43,706 bases of DNA, from contig NC_068990.1 of assembly GCF_001194135.2 (NCBI RefSeq), positions 66,037,707 through 66,081,412 of the forward strand, in the 5' to 3' direction. How positions within the stretch are numbered: the stretch's first letter is position 1; the number at the start of each line of letters is the position of its first letter. Source of the DNA: Octopus bimaculoides. Lineage: Eukaryota. Below the pieces are notes generated by a model. It was not told where the DNA came from, ran no database searches, and saw nothing but the letters and a program-made list of their open reading frames with translations. The translations under genes were made by a program, and so were the position numbers. Positions 1 through 11,705 of the stretch are shown in pieces.

Positions 1-660
1 TATATATATATATATATATATATTGCTATTATGCAAATGTCTCGTAAGTCCAAAACGTTGCTTTTTCAGAAAACGAAAAAATAGCTCCACCATTCAATTT
101 CTTTTTACATTAGCAACTACTTCAGCTTAACAATAATACTTTAATGCATAAAATAGTTACTCCATGCATGTATGATGTTTTCTTCGGGCCAAATTATCGT
201 ATCTCCAGCTACTTCAGATGAAATAATCAAAGTATAGTACAGCGATTTAGCATTTTTCAAAAATGTAGCAACTCCTACATTCGACATATTTGCAAAGGTA
301 TTTCTGACAGAAAACAGCAAGCAAAATTAGATGTTGAAAAAACAAAACGCATTTGGTTAAATTAGGCCAAATATAAACAACAGGACATTAACAACAGGTT
401 GAGGACGAATTAAATTAAGCTGGTGTGTGGAAATGAAGCCTTTCGGCAGGATCATACAAGATGCAAGTCATGGGAAGGAATATAAGAGATGTGACATGGA
501 TGGTAGTCAAACCAAGAAAGAAAGGCCAGGCTTGGCAGAACACCAGTCACGTGGAAGGAGAGGAAAAACGTAGGGGATAGAGGGATTGAAGAATTCGGTA
601 ACTGTCTCGTATTGTAACTCTGGTCGAACAAAACCTTGCGAGTGCATTTGGTATACGGAA

Positions 661-662
<2 letters not shown>

Positions 663-709
<47 letters not shown>
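663..709. repeat. (TATC)n microsatellite
   Basis: Perfect TATC run read directly. Confidence 0.97.
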
Positions 710-717
710 GATTATAT

Positions 718-912
718 CTATATGCATGTGTCTTTGTGTCTGTGTTTGACAACCAGTTTTGGTGAGTTTACGTCCCCGTAGCCTAGTGACTCTACACAAG
801 AGAGCAATAGAATAAGTACCAGACTCAAGTAATGAGCCGTGGGGTCGGTTTGTTCGAGTACAACTCTTCGAGGTGGTGCCCCAGTATGGCCGCAGCCAAA
901 TGAGTGAAAAAA
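718..912 (+). mobile_element. SINE family B, 3' half only
   Basis: Contains 'atagaataagtaccag', 'ggggtcggtttgttcga' and 'gtggtgccccagtatggccgcagccaaatgagtgaaa'. Homologous to 11500-11705, 30200-30383 and the reverse complement of 31540-31730. Confidence 0.8.
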
Positions 913-1359
913 AAGAATATAAGAATATGTTTCAACTGGACTTCGCCCATACTGATTCAACTCAAGTATGTAGTTTGGTACTTTCTTTTATAGGCATGGT
1001 AATGTTCAAAAGCCGAGGTTACCTGAGCCTAAAGAACGTAAACACATCTACATGCAACATCACAAACCATATTTGACTCATACTTCGATTTTATGAACTT
1101 TTCATCTTAATGCATTTACTGAAACATTAGCAATTTACCCTAGCATTACCTGTAAGTTTTCATCATACTGAAACTGTGATTTCGCATTGATTCCGTATTG
1201 TTAATTTTCTCGACATTAATGTCATCCTACTTCACTATACATTTAACATGATAAATAAAAATGATTTTAACATAAGGCTAGCAATTTTGAGAGAAGTGGA
1301 TACCGTCGCTTCTTGTAATTGATCATCAACCTCACCATCATTAATCTCTGGATATGATT

Positions 1360-1460
1360 GTTTCGGGTCCTCGGATTCATAAAGTCGGTTGCACGGTTTC
1401 CTTAGAGACCGAGGTCGCAACTTACTCTCCATCCTCATGACCGGGACATCAATCCATCCT
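1360..1460 (-). mobile_element. possible decayed SINE 3' segment
   Basis: The reverse complement 'gatggattgatgtcccggtcatgaggatggag...ggaaaccgtg' resembles the family C tail (cf. 'gacggactagcg' near 8210 and 'ggaaaccggg' near 7337). Weak. Confidence 0.35.
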
Positions 1461-1519
1461 GAGAGGATGATAGGCAAAACTGACCACGGCTGAATGCAAG
1501 GAGCTGGAAAATACCAAGA

Positions 1520-1575
1520 GTTTGTGCGTCAAGATTTGTTTGACCCGCTAACGATTCACCTAGCTTGTTGCCTTT
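1520..1575 (-). mobile_element. SINE family A head fragment
   Basis: 'atttgtttgacccgctaacgattcacctagcttgttgcc' aligns with 'attttgtccggcgctaacgaacctgccagctc' at about 5596-5628. Confidence 0.5.
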
Positions 1576-4039
1576 CGCCATCTTATGTTAGACAACTATA
1601 TTAACTCTACTGATCTCCGATTTTGCCCACAAAAGCCGAAGTAAGTGATTGTTTTATAATAATTATTGAGATAAATCGTACTCCCTGTTATGCTGAGAAA
1701 TAGTCTCTGGCTTTCAGCATAAGCTGTATTTTTTTTAATTAATCCCCCTCCCCGCCCAAATATGAAAAGAAATATATTGATATTCAAAGTGGGAAATTTG
1801 TTGATTTTTTTAACGAAACTTTTTGCTCATTTCTGATGTCAAACAAGTATCTTGTCGTCTACATTTTGAACCTTGCTCAACGATTTATAATTTCTTTTAT
1901 TTTGAATTTTTTTGAAATTTATTAGAAAGGATGAACCATATTTTTTCTATGTTTAAGCAAAAATTTATGAAGACCTTGCTTATTTTTATATTTATTTCAT
2001 TTTTATTAATATCCAGATATCTAATTAAACTTGTAGACTTATGGCGCAGAATCTTAGACATTAACGTAGTTTAATTTAGCTTGAATTTTTCCAAAGAAAT
2101 TTCAAGATCAGAGGCTGTTGAAATGACAGAAAAATACTTGAATATAAATAGCCCACAAAAAGAAAAGAAAATTTGCAAAAAACGAAATAAACTTAAACTG
2201 TTTATACGACTACCTGCCTTATAGGTTTATTTTAATATGATACCTTAGACCAACTTCCTGTTCTGAGATGTGTGCAGAAAATATTTAATTTCTTCACATA
2301 TCACGAGATTATGTTGTGGATATGATTTCATTTTTTTTTTATGTATCATGGATTCTATTAATGCATTTTTTTCTTCATACACGTCGATAACAACTGTTAA
2401 AAATCAGTTTTCGCAATGCAGATAAAATAACGTTTAAGAAGAATTCTTATCATCTCACCTTACTGTTTCCTCTCCTTTATGATTTTATATTCATTTTTCT
2501 TTGTCTTAATGTTATTGTTACAACTATTTATTTAATAATTAATGTCATAATTATCAATATAATAATAATTATTATTAATGCAATAAATATTATTGTTGTT
2601 GTTATTATGGTGAGTGGTTCCCGGTCTTTTCTGAAAAGCGTTTGAATAGAATTTTGTACTTCGTCTGGAATAAAGCCCAGCAGCGTACCATCGCAGATTA
2701 TAACGAAGACTTGGCTGTGAGTTCTCGATCGGGTGAAAGACAGAATACTCCTTTTGTAGTTTTTACTTTTCTACCACAAATATTAGCGAAGCATACATCT
2801 ATCTGCAAACAGACAGCTTGAACAAAATAAGACGCTTGGAGAGCTTTTTAAATTGTATGTATCACTCAAATCGAATAGTGTAATAACTACTTTAGACGTA
2901 ATTTGAAGACTATATAGTTTACAAAATGTCCTCTGAAAAGAGATTCCAACAATTAGAATTTAGAAATGGTCTCCATTTTAATGAGAGGCTGTATCAGTAG
3001 TAGTACCATTGATCTGTTACCAGACATTTATTTCTAAACACTGATTTTACTTTATTGAAAATATTCAAAACAGACGAGAGCGAAGTGCAAATTTTTTGTG
3101 TTGATTTAGAATTTGATAATAAGAAAATTCTTTGCAAATTGATCACAACCGCTTTTTGGTCTAGTGTGATGTACTTTTGTTCAATGTAGTTGATCTAACT
3201 GGAGCTGTTTAATCTCCGAATAGTCCTGATTTTGCTAGACCAATGAACAAATGCTTCCAAGCAATTGCCAACTGGTCCTTTCCTCAGAAGATATATATCC
3301 ATGACTTAATTTTGTTTATGTTGACAGAGTGTAATTTGACGGGGTTTCGTCCGATAATTCTAGCTGTGTAGGAGCGCCCTCATTTTCTCATAACAAGTCA
3401 TAGCTTCTTCAGTAATATTACATATGTCAATGCTGTATTCTGTAACTACAGATTATTTATGTTACGCTATATGTTAATGTGGCCGTCTAAATCAGAATTA
3501 GCAGAACCAGGTGATTGTTCTAAAATATACTATATTTGAGTATGTTTTTGTACATGGGCGATGCAGGCTTTAGTTTTAATTTGTCTTGTAATTTGTGAAG
3601 CGGCGTCACTTGATAACATTTTGTATCCTGTAGTATACAACAGTTGATTTCATTCAAAACCGATATAATATCATATAAAACATCACTTTCCGCCCACCAA
3701 TATCCACCTAATGAAGGTTTTAGTGTTTGCTAGATATTTTACTATTTTATTTTAATTTTGTTTTTACCCTTAGAACAATGATATTCCTGTTATCAATAGA
3801 AATAATCAAATAAACAATTCCAAAACCAAAAGAGAGAAATCAAGTGAATAGCTAGAAGATTAGTCTCGAATTTATTTTCGTTTCTTTGATATTTCCTTTT
3901 TGTTAGTTCTAAGATAAAATTGGAGAAAGTTAAATGCCATTATGAAATTACTGCAAATGAAAAGTGAAAAAAAGGGGAAATAATAAATAGACACACAAAT
4001 ACACACACATACATATATACAAATATTATTACTATAACA

Positions 4040-4080
<41 letters not shown>

Positions 4081-4091
4081 TGATGATGATA

Positions 4092-4135
<44 letters not shown>

Positions 4136-4150
4136 AATAACAATAATAAT
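4040..4150. repeat. compound (AAT)n(GAT)n microsatellite within a wider trinucleotide-rich tract (to ~4730)
   Basis: Direct reading. Explains the poly-L/S/I/V ORFs at 3940-4721. Confidence 0.95.
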
Positions 4151-5030
4151 AATGTTCTGGTTGCCATAAGAGCGATGGTTGACGAGGGCATTACAACAAC
4201 TATAACACTAATAGTAATAATGATAGTAATGATAATAATACCAACAAAAACGAAAATGAAAAAAAAAAAAATAATAATAATAGTGGTATTTTTAGTTATA
4301 GGTCCAAAAGAATTATTGGAAAATATGAAAATCAGATTGGAATGTACAACAGAATTGAATTTAGAACTAATCTTTGCTGGAATCAATAGGGAAGAAAATT
4401 TTTCGTAAAATATTTTTGACGAAAAAGAACCAAAAAAAAAAAAGCGGGGAAAGTAAAATAAAAATAAAAGAAAGAAGAAACAAATCTACAGGAAAAAATG
4501 GGGGGAGGGAAAACATATACAGCACAAAACAACAGCAACAAATAAAAACAGGAAACACCAAAATGTACAAATGAGGCTAATACAAGAACAAGATTAAAAG
4601 AACCAACACTAACAACGTTAGTAATTACACCAACATCCCCCTCCTCCTCCTCCACCACCACCAACAACAACAATAACAACAACAACAACAGCAACATCAT
4701 TAACAAAACCGCAACCACCACCGCTGCCGCCTATTGTTTTTAGTACTAATAATACTTTGATCATTATTAAAACAATTATTTACCATCTTTCCATTATATT
4801 TCTAACAATTTTATACGAGTTTCTTTTGCAGTACCAGGTGCAACTCTGTGTTCTTGATGGTGTGTGTCACATTGTTTTTCTAGGGATATTGTGGTGTGTG
4901 AATGTATGTTAATTACATTAATATTACTTCGTTGTTAGGTAGATATTTTTTCGTTTGTGGTGTTTAAATATTTTGTCTGTTTCCTAAGTAGCCTATGAGC
5001 AATGTGAGTTGTGGTATTTTGTTGTATGGC

Positions 5031-5255
5031 GTTTGTGCTTTCTGTGTATTGCGTTTATGCTTTCTGTGTATTGCGTTAATGCTTTCTGTGTATTGCGTTT
5101 GTGCTTTCTGTGTATTGCGTTTGTGCTTCCTGTGTATTGCATTTGTGCTTTCTGTGTATTGCGTTTATGCTTTCTGTGTATTGCGTTTGTGCTTTCTGTG
5201 TATTGCGTTTATGCTTTCTGTGTATTGCGTTTGTGCTTTCTGTGTATTGCGTTTG
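5031..5255. repeat. 22-bp minisatellite, 10.2 copies, consensus GTTTRTGCTTTCTGTGTATTGC
   Basis: Units start at 5031, 5053, 5075 ... 5229, head to tail with no spacers and 0-2 substitutions each. Confidence 0.97.
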
Positions 5256-5388
5256 CGAATTACAATAATTTTGCTTTGTTAAAAAATGTTTTTTGTCGTT
5301 TCTGGTGTTCTCGAAATATTTCGTCTATTTGTTGCGTAGTCTATGAGCAATGTAGGTTCTGCTATTTGGTTGTAAAGAGCTGGAAGAA

Positions 5389-5444
5389 ATTATGCTAAAT
5401 GTTTTGTCCGGCGCACTAACGATTCTTCCAGTTCACTCTGCCTT
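5389..5444 (-). mobile_element. SINE family A head fragment (truncated)
   Basis: 'atgctaaatgttttgtccggcgcactaacgattcttccagttc' duplicates the head at about 5585-5630. Confidence 0.75.
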
Positions 5445-5457
5445 GTTGCATTATATT

Positions 5458-5639
5458 GGTTTCAAATTTTGGCACAAGGCCAACAATTTTGGGGTAGGGT
5501 TAAGTTGATTACACCGACCCCAGTTCTCAACCGGCACGTATTTTATCGGCGGAATTTAAACACAGAACGGAAAGACGGATGAAATGATGCAAAACATTTT
5601 GTCCGGCGCTAACGAACCTGCCAGCTCTTCCTCCCCCTT
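5458..5639 (-). mobile_element. SINE family A (tRNA-derived), near full length with internal deletion
   Basis: Reverse complement is collinear with 43432-43652: tail 'ggtttcaaattttggcacaaggcc', 'gattacaccgacccca', 'tattttatcg', head 'ctaacgaacctgccagctc'. Confidence 0.85.
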
Positions 5640-5989
5640 GTTACGTTATATTAATAATAGCTGGCAATTGTGTAGAACCATGAGTTGTGTGAGTTGCGGC
5701 TATTGTAGTGTCAGATATGAGTTATGTAAGAGTATATGTATTGTATAATTTTATTGAATGATGGTTGTATAATCACGATTGTGATATAATGTTTGGTGTT
5801 GATTTCAAAGAACATATGTTGTTTGTGTTGTTACCTTATTGATTGGTTAATGTATGTATTGTGTACAGAGAGTGTTCAGTCTGTCTGGTAATATTGACAT
5901 GAATGTAAGCTGTGCCTATCTCTGAGACTGTCGTCTAAAACAAGAAACTTTGATTGGGATTATTTGTTTTGTTGTATAATTTCAGTTAT

Positions 5990-6120
5990 TAGAATGGGCC
6001 ATGTATGGCACCATCTTGAAAGGTTGAGTCAAACAAACCGACCTCAATTTTTATTACTATATTTAATATTTTGTACTTATACTATCATCTGTCTTTTGCC
6101 GAACCACTGAGTTACTGGGA
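5990..6120 (-). mobile_element. SINE family B 3' fragment
   Basis: 'ggccatgtatggcaccatcttgaaagg...aaaccgacctc...gtacttatactatc...ttttgccgaaccactgagttac' is the reverse complement of the family B tail. Confidence 0.7.
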
Positions 6121-6318
6121 TAGAAAGAAACTAATAGCGGACTCTAATCCTACTGAACGCTCCCAGGAGCAGTGGACGGAGTTGGATGAATGGATATGTG
6201 TCATTACTTCTAATTCGTTTTTACATCGATTAATCAGTCCACATACCAAACATAAGTGTATCATTTTATTAAGCTAGGACACTGTAAATAAGATCACAGA
6301 TGTCTGGCTGTGATGAAA

Positions 6319-6360
<42 letters not shown>

Positions 6361-6369
6361 TGCAAATAG

Positions 6370-7010
6370 ACACGGTCACCTATAGAGTATGAAATGCTAA
6401 CCAAGAAAATTACAAGTTTGAATATATATAATAAGCATAATATAATATTCAACAAAACAGAGATAGCAATAAATGGTGGTATATTCCACTGCCTGGTGTT
6501 GAATTAAGTATAAGGAGATAGAATGTTATTCGCAATCATGTTATAGGTCTCTAGTTTTAGGGGCCTGTCTCAGATGTGTGTGAACAGGTTTTTGTCATGT
6601 AATATGCTTTTACGTAAGTGTTCCGGTATATTACTGTGTCCGTTGTAGAATTTAAACATAAGGGACCAGAATTTTGCCGGCAGTCAAACTGTAGTCAATT
6701 AGTTTTAGGTCTATGCTTTGTAAAAATATATTTGAGAATTGATATTATTGTCCCCTTCAGCAGTCATTAAGGTATTGATTTTGATCTACTTTCCAGGTCA
6801 ATAAATGCCACTACTACATATCAATAGATAACATTTAGGGGTTTCTGTTATAAATTAGGGACTTCGACAATTTCATTTGATCTTAAGTTGTTTGAGCTTC
6901 TTGTGTTGTGAATTCGTTTCCGTCGATGGTGGTCTATGTTTAACTTACTCTTATATTATTTATCTTTCTTTCTGAACGGTTGCGTGGAAGCTTGTGAAAG
7001 GGATGCGTTG
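6370..7010 (-). mobile_element. highly decayed Penelope-like element 3' fragment (thumb, Cys linker, GIY-YIG remnant)
   Basis: Minus-strand pieces translate as STHP...KINNIRVS, DCRQNSGPL...TDTVIYR and IYCYLCFVEYYIML. The motif order matches the better copy at 42690-43430 (INTRVAK; CNCKNKICLLNG; CNLCLEEIFHI). Many stops and frameshifts. Confidence 0.5.
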
Positions 7011-7129
7011 AAACGGCTGCGGCAGCGGAACGGCGCGCGACTGTCGAAGCCGGTTGCCACGGCGGCCGGAGTCGCTGGGCCGCCGGCGGACGTGGGCGAG
7101 GAAGGAAGGAAGACCAGAGAGATATTGAG

Positions 7130-7350
7130 GTTCGTGGAGCGACAGGGTATTGCACTCACAATCGCAAGGTAGTGATTTTGATTTCAGGGTCGAGTGTTGC
7201 GTTATGGTCTCGAGCTAAACACTTCATTTCATGTTGCTCCAGTTCACACAGCTGTAAATGATTAGCCCTGCAACACAAAGGACTGGTGTTGTATTCAGGG
7301 GAAGATGATGTATTTCTCGGTCACTTATGCACCACGGAAACCGGGTGACT
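7130..7350 (+). mobile_element. SINE family C
   Basis: 'agggtattgcactcacaatcgcaagg...gagctaaacacttcatttcatgttgctccagttcac' is homologous to 8070-8225 and to the reverse complement of 20400-20512. Confidence 0.75.
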
Positions 7351-7444
7351 GAATGAATCTTAGAACTCGAAACAGTGCTTACTTTATTTACTGAACTATG
7401 GCTACTATGCGTAATGCTTATTCTCATTATTCACTCCCATCATT

Positions 7445-7680
7445 CTTTAATCCTTTTATTCCTTATTCTTTTACTTGTTTGAGTTATTAGGTTGTGCTGG
7501 TGCTGTGGTAGTGCTTTGACGATTTTAGTCGAACGAATCTACCACAAGATCTATTAGTATAGCTGGCACTTATTCAAGAGCTCTCTGTCGAACCACTATA
7601 ATATGCAGACGTAAAGACAGCAACACGAGTTGCCAAACAGTAACAACCAAACACAAAACTAAAACTAATGGGGTACACAC
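7445..7680 (-). mobile_element. SINE family B 3' half, abutting (CA)n
   Basis: 'cttttacttgtttgagttatt...tttagtcgaacgaatc...ctggcacttattc...gtcgaaccactataatatgcagacgtaaa' is the reverse complement of the family B tail. Confidence 0.75.
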
Positions 7681-7688
7681 ACGCGCAC

Positions 7689-7767
<79 letters not shown>
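7675..7767. repeat. (CA)n microsatellite
   Basis: Direct reading. Confidence 0.97.
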
Positions 7768-7769
<2 letters not shown>

Positions 7770-7879
7770 TATGTTTCATTCATGTATTTTGTGATTCAAA
7801 GTTGATGAGGGAATCATATAAAAATACTCCTTTTCTAGATCAGCTGAACGGTGACGGGACACCAGGCTTCAAGATCAGA

Positions 7880-8066
7880 TATGTTGGAGGGGAAGGGACA
7901 AATCGATTACTTAGACTCCGGTACTTCATCGATACTTTATGTTATCGAAACCGAATGGCTGAAAAGCAAAGTTTACTCTAGCTCTAGCATGATTTGAACT
8001 CAGAAAAGAGCCGGAAGAAATGCCGCTAAATACCTGTCCAAAGCGGAAACGATTCTAGAAGCTCAC
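7880..8066 (-). mobile_element. SINE family A
   Basis: 'aatcgattacttagactcc...atactttatgttatcga...atttgaactcagaa...gaaatgccgctaaatacctgtcc...aacgattctagaagctc' is collinear with other family A copies. Confidence 0.75.
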
Positions 8067-8069
8067 TTG

Positions 8070-8225
8070 ATATAGTGGTTAGGATGTTACATACACAATC
8101 GGAAAATCATGGTTTCGATTTTTGGACCGGTCGTTGAATTGTGCTCTTGAGCAAAACATTTCATTTCACGTTGCTTCAGTCCATTCAGCAGTAAATGAAT
8201 AAACCTGTGACGGACTAGCGAGAAA
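8070..8225 (+). mobile_element. SINE family C
   Basis: 'gtggttaggatg...atggtttcgatt...ttgagcaaaacatttcatttcacgttgcttcagtccattcagc'. tRNA-like head with A/B-box remnants. Confidence 0.8.
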
Positions 8226-9158
8226 TTCAGGAAACTTACTGCATGTAAATAAATTGTCCTTATAGACAAGGAAATATAAATAACACCTTCAATACAACAC
8301 AAATATTCAATTGACTTCCCAAAAACTTTGGAGAACATATTCTAACAACGTACTACTATTTCAATGACTTCATAAAACATGGAAATACCTAAATACATTA
8401 ACACAAACACATATATGTAACTTTTACCTTCATTAGTATAAATTAAGATCTATGATTGTATTCTATGTCTGAGGTCTGTCATTTCCTTATCGTGTATGCA
8501 CAAACTACGCGCTGTCTACATGATTATAGAATTATGATAGCACTGAGAACGTCTAGTATCTGTTGGTATGTAGGAAATGAAAGAAGAAAACACTCTATGA
8601 TAGCTATGATAGCTGATATTGTTGTTATCTCTATGAACATCCTTTTAATTTCCTGCATTCGCTTGAAGCATGGAGGAAAATAATAAACAATGATCTAGAA
8701 AGCAACACAAATGCAGTTGGGGAAATATTAGGTATGGAAAGAAAAAGAATAAAGCTTATAATTTTGCGCTATAATATTTAATAACCGACAGCAAGGCAGT
8801 TGAGGAAACATTAAATATGAATGAGACTAAACGTTTCTTCACGGCGTTCAATATATTACCAGACATTCAAGTGAAAATACCCTTTTTTTATTTTTGAGAA
8901 TGATGAGAACAGTATAATACAAGTGGGTTCTTTTCAATTTCAAGTCTGTATAAAGAGGTAAGAACGTGTGTTTTTGAATTGTGAAGTGGAGATATAAGTT
9001 GTGTTCCATAGGATATTTTTTCAGGTATCTTTTGTTATGAATCTATTGTGAATCGGTAGAGCAAAGGCCATGTGTGTATGAGAAGGAAGTGAGACAATAG
9101 CTGCAGTGGAGAGGGAGGTCTGCTGGTGTGGGACGATAAGTCAATGGGTTTTCTCCTA

Positions 9159-9159
<1 letters not shown>

Positions 9160-9200
<41 letters not shown>

Positions 9201-9250
9201 ACACAAACGTACGTATGTATGTATATATAAATAGATAGATAAATATATAG

Positions 9251-9314
<64 letters not shown>

Positions 9315-9520
9315 ATAAATACAAATATACAATGTACATATATACATATATATACATATATGTATAATGTATATATATACATACACACAAACATATACAT
9401 ATAAACAAACACATACACACGCATACGCAAATATATATATGCATACATACATATACATGTATATCCATACACATATATACAAATATATGTTTATATATTA
9501 ATATATATTAATATTAATAT
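9160..9520. repeat. compound (CA)n/(TA)n/(TACA)n simple repeat
   Basis: Direct reading. Confidence 0.95.
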
Positions 9521-10007
9521 ATGTATTTATTTTTCTCACTTTTTCACTCTTTCTCCCTTCCACTGTCTCCCTCCCGCTCTCTCTTTCTCTGTCCATACAC
9601 ACACACATACACACATATATATATATGTGTGTGTATATATAATTTACATAAATTCATAAAATACATAATATTAAGAAGAAAATATTTTGCACATGAAATC
9701 CGTCTATCAAGATATTTGCACGCATCTTACATATCCCGCTCCATTTCTCTTACTCTGTTTTTAACTCACACACAGACAGACATACACACACACACACCTC
9801 ACCCCAAATATATGCACTTCCCGTACACATTTACATACGCTCCCCGTACCCTCGCACACATGTATATGACTACGTGTACAATACGTTTGTGCATGAAATT
9901 AGAAAAATAAATGATTCCTACTGCATAAAAAATGTCTACGTGTATCTACGTGTACAAAACTTTAAGCAATAACATCAATATATTTTTGCATTGAATTGCT
10001 GCATAAA

Positions 10008-10051
<44 letters not shown>

Positions 10052-10289
10052 TTATTTATCTGCCTGCCTGTGTGTCTGTCTCTCTCCCTCCCTCTCTCTG
10101 TCTATATATCTATCTGTTTGTCTGTCTGTCTCTCTGTCTGTCTGTCTATCTATCACATTATCCTCTTATATATCTTCTTATATATCTATCCTCTTATATA
10201 TCTATTCATTCGTCTATTTACTTTATTTAGCTATCTACTCATTTATTTATCAATCTATCGATCTTTGTTTATCTGCCTATCTGTCAATC

Positions 10290-10327
<38 letters not shown>

Positions 10328-10500
10328 CCTCCCTATCTATGTAGCTATCTATTAATTTCTTTATCTACCCATGCATCCATTTACTTATCTATCTACCCCT
10401 ATCAATCCGACCGTCTATGCGTCGAACTATCTTTCTCTCTCTGCTTCGCTCTCTAACTATTTACTAAACAACGTACCTGTCTCAATACCTATCTACACTT
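10008..10500. repeat. (TATC)n/(TCTG)n/(CT)n degenerate microsatellite tract
   Basis: Direct reading. Explains the YLSI/SIYL ORFs. Confidence 0.93.
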
Positions 10501-10714
10501 TATATTTGCAATCTACGATAAGAAATCTGGATCTGACAGTAGTGATACCATCCAATCAACCCTACTTCGCCTGTTTCTAATTCTTTTTCCCATCAAGTTC
10601 TCTCAATGCAACGGATTGTATTCCTACGTTCTTACGAAAAGTACATGTAAAAAAAAAAAAAAAAATTACACACAGCGAACAAATATCCACATTAGCACAT
10701 ACAGATGTATATGC

Positions 10715-10745
<31 letters not shown>

Positions 10746-10750
10746 TGTAT

Positions 10751-10929
10751 NNNNNNNNNNNNNNNNNNNNNNNNNNNNNNNNNNNNNNNNNNNNNNNNNN
10801 NNNNNNNNNNNNNNNNNNNNNNNNNNNNNNNNNNNNNNNNNNNNNNNNNNNNNNNNNNNNNNNNNNNNNNNNNNNNNNNNNNNNNNNNNNNNNNNNNNNN
10901 NNNNNNNNNNNNNNNNNNNNNNNNNNNNN
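10751..10929. other. assembly gap (first of 10; others approx. 15250-15925, 18869-19061, 21640-21719, 22908-23002, 25060-25154, 26832-27416, 30532-30541, 33507-33986, 40270-40579)
   Basis: Runs of N, nearly all flanked by (AT)n, (AC)n, (AG)n or (TATG)n. Confidence 0.99.
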
Positions 10930-10930
10930 A

Positions 10931-10970
<40 letters not shown>

Positions 10971-11249
10971 GGCGTGCACAAAATATAAGTGTACATACAT
11001 ATAAAATACACGCATACATACATAGATATATACACATATGTACGCAAAAGCTGACGTAAAATACAAGATCGGATTTTTAACAAGAAATAACTTTATGCAA
11101 TCTTGCCACCGAGAAGGAAGCAGGTCAAAACAAATTCAAATAATATGCACAATACAAAAATCCATCCATTCATCCATCCATCCATCCATCCATCCGTCCA
11201 AACATACATATAAATAAAAACGTACATATCGGTACAGGAATGGCTGTCT

Positions 11250-11420
11250 TGTCAAGAAGCTCGCTTAGCAATCACTCAGTTTTGTGTTCAATGGCACTGT
11301 GAGGTGCTTTGGGCAAGTATCTATAACACCGTACTGGTCACTGCATTAAGGGCCAATACAGTAGAAGACAAACTGAGTGAAAGCCCGTCGTGTATGTATA
11401 TGTGTGTGTGCGTGTTTATC

Positions 11421-11475
<55 letters not shown>

Positions 11476-11705
11476 GTATACGTCTGTATACATGTATGAA
11501 TGTGTATCTTTGTATTCGTGAGTGTATCTGTTGGACAACTTGCGTTGGTTTGCTCTTTGCTTATATCCCAGCAATAGCGAAAGATAAAATAATTACCAGA
11601 CTCAACAAATACGAACTGAGGTCGAATTGTTCGGCTAAATCTTTCAAGGCTCTGCCCCAGCATGGTCACGAACCAATGACAGAACGAAGAAAAAATTGAT
11701 AAAGA
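11250..11705 (+). mobile_element. SINE family B, full length: head + internal microsatellite + tail
   Basis: Head 'gttcaatggcactgtgaggtgctttgggcaagtatc...gaaagcccgtcg', then (GT)/(AC)n, then tail 'gataaaataattaccagactc...gaggtcgaattgttcg...gccccagcatggtcac'. Confidence 0.8.

Noticed and set aside
718-1076. ORFs such as ...SCVESLGYGDVNSPK and MVPQYGRSQM
   Set aside because: They derive from the SINE family B tail. The same peptide recurs at 29973-30314.
3320-3540. LTGFRPIILAV resembling the Helitron/PIF1 GDFRQILPV motif
   Set aside because: A single weak motif with no other helicase motifs in order.
3940-4721. Long poly-L/S/I/V 'membrane protein' ORFs
   Set aside because: They are translations of (AAT)n, (GAT)n and (AAC)n repeats.
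5009-5398. Cys-rich repetitive ORFs and CRISPR-like appearance of the 22-bp array
   Set aside because: Units are contiguous with no spacers, there are no cas genes and the context is eukaryotic. The 22-aa periodicity is just three 22-bp units read through.
7030-7115. HDV-like ribozyme on the minus strand (TTCCTCGC, GGCAAC)
   Set aside because: No P3 stem can form around TCCTC and I could not build the nested pseudoknot.
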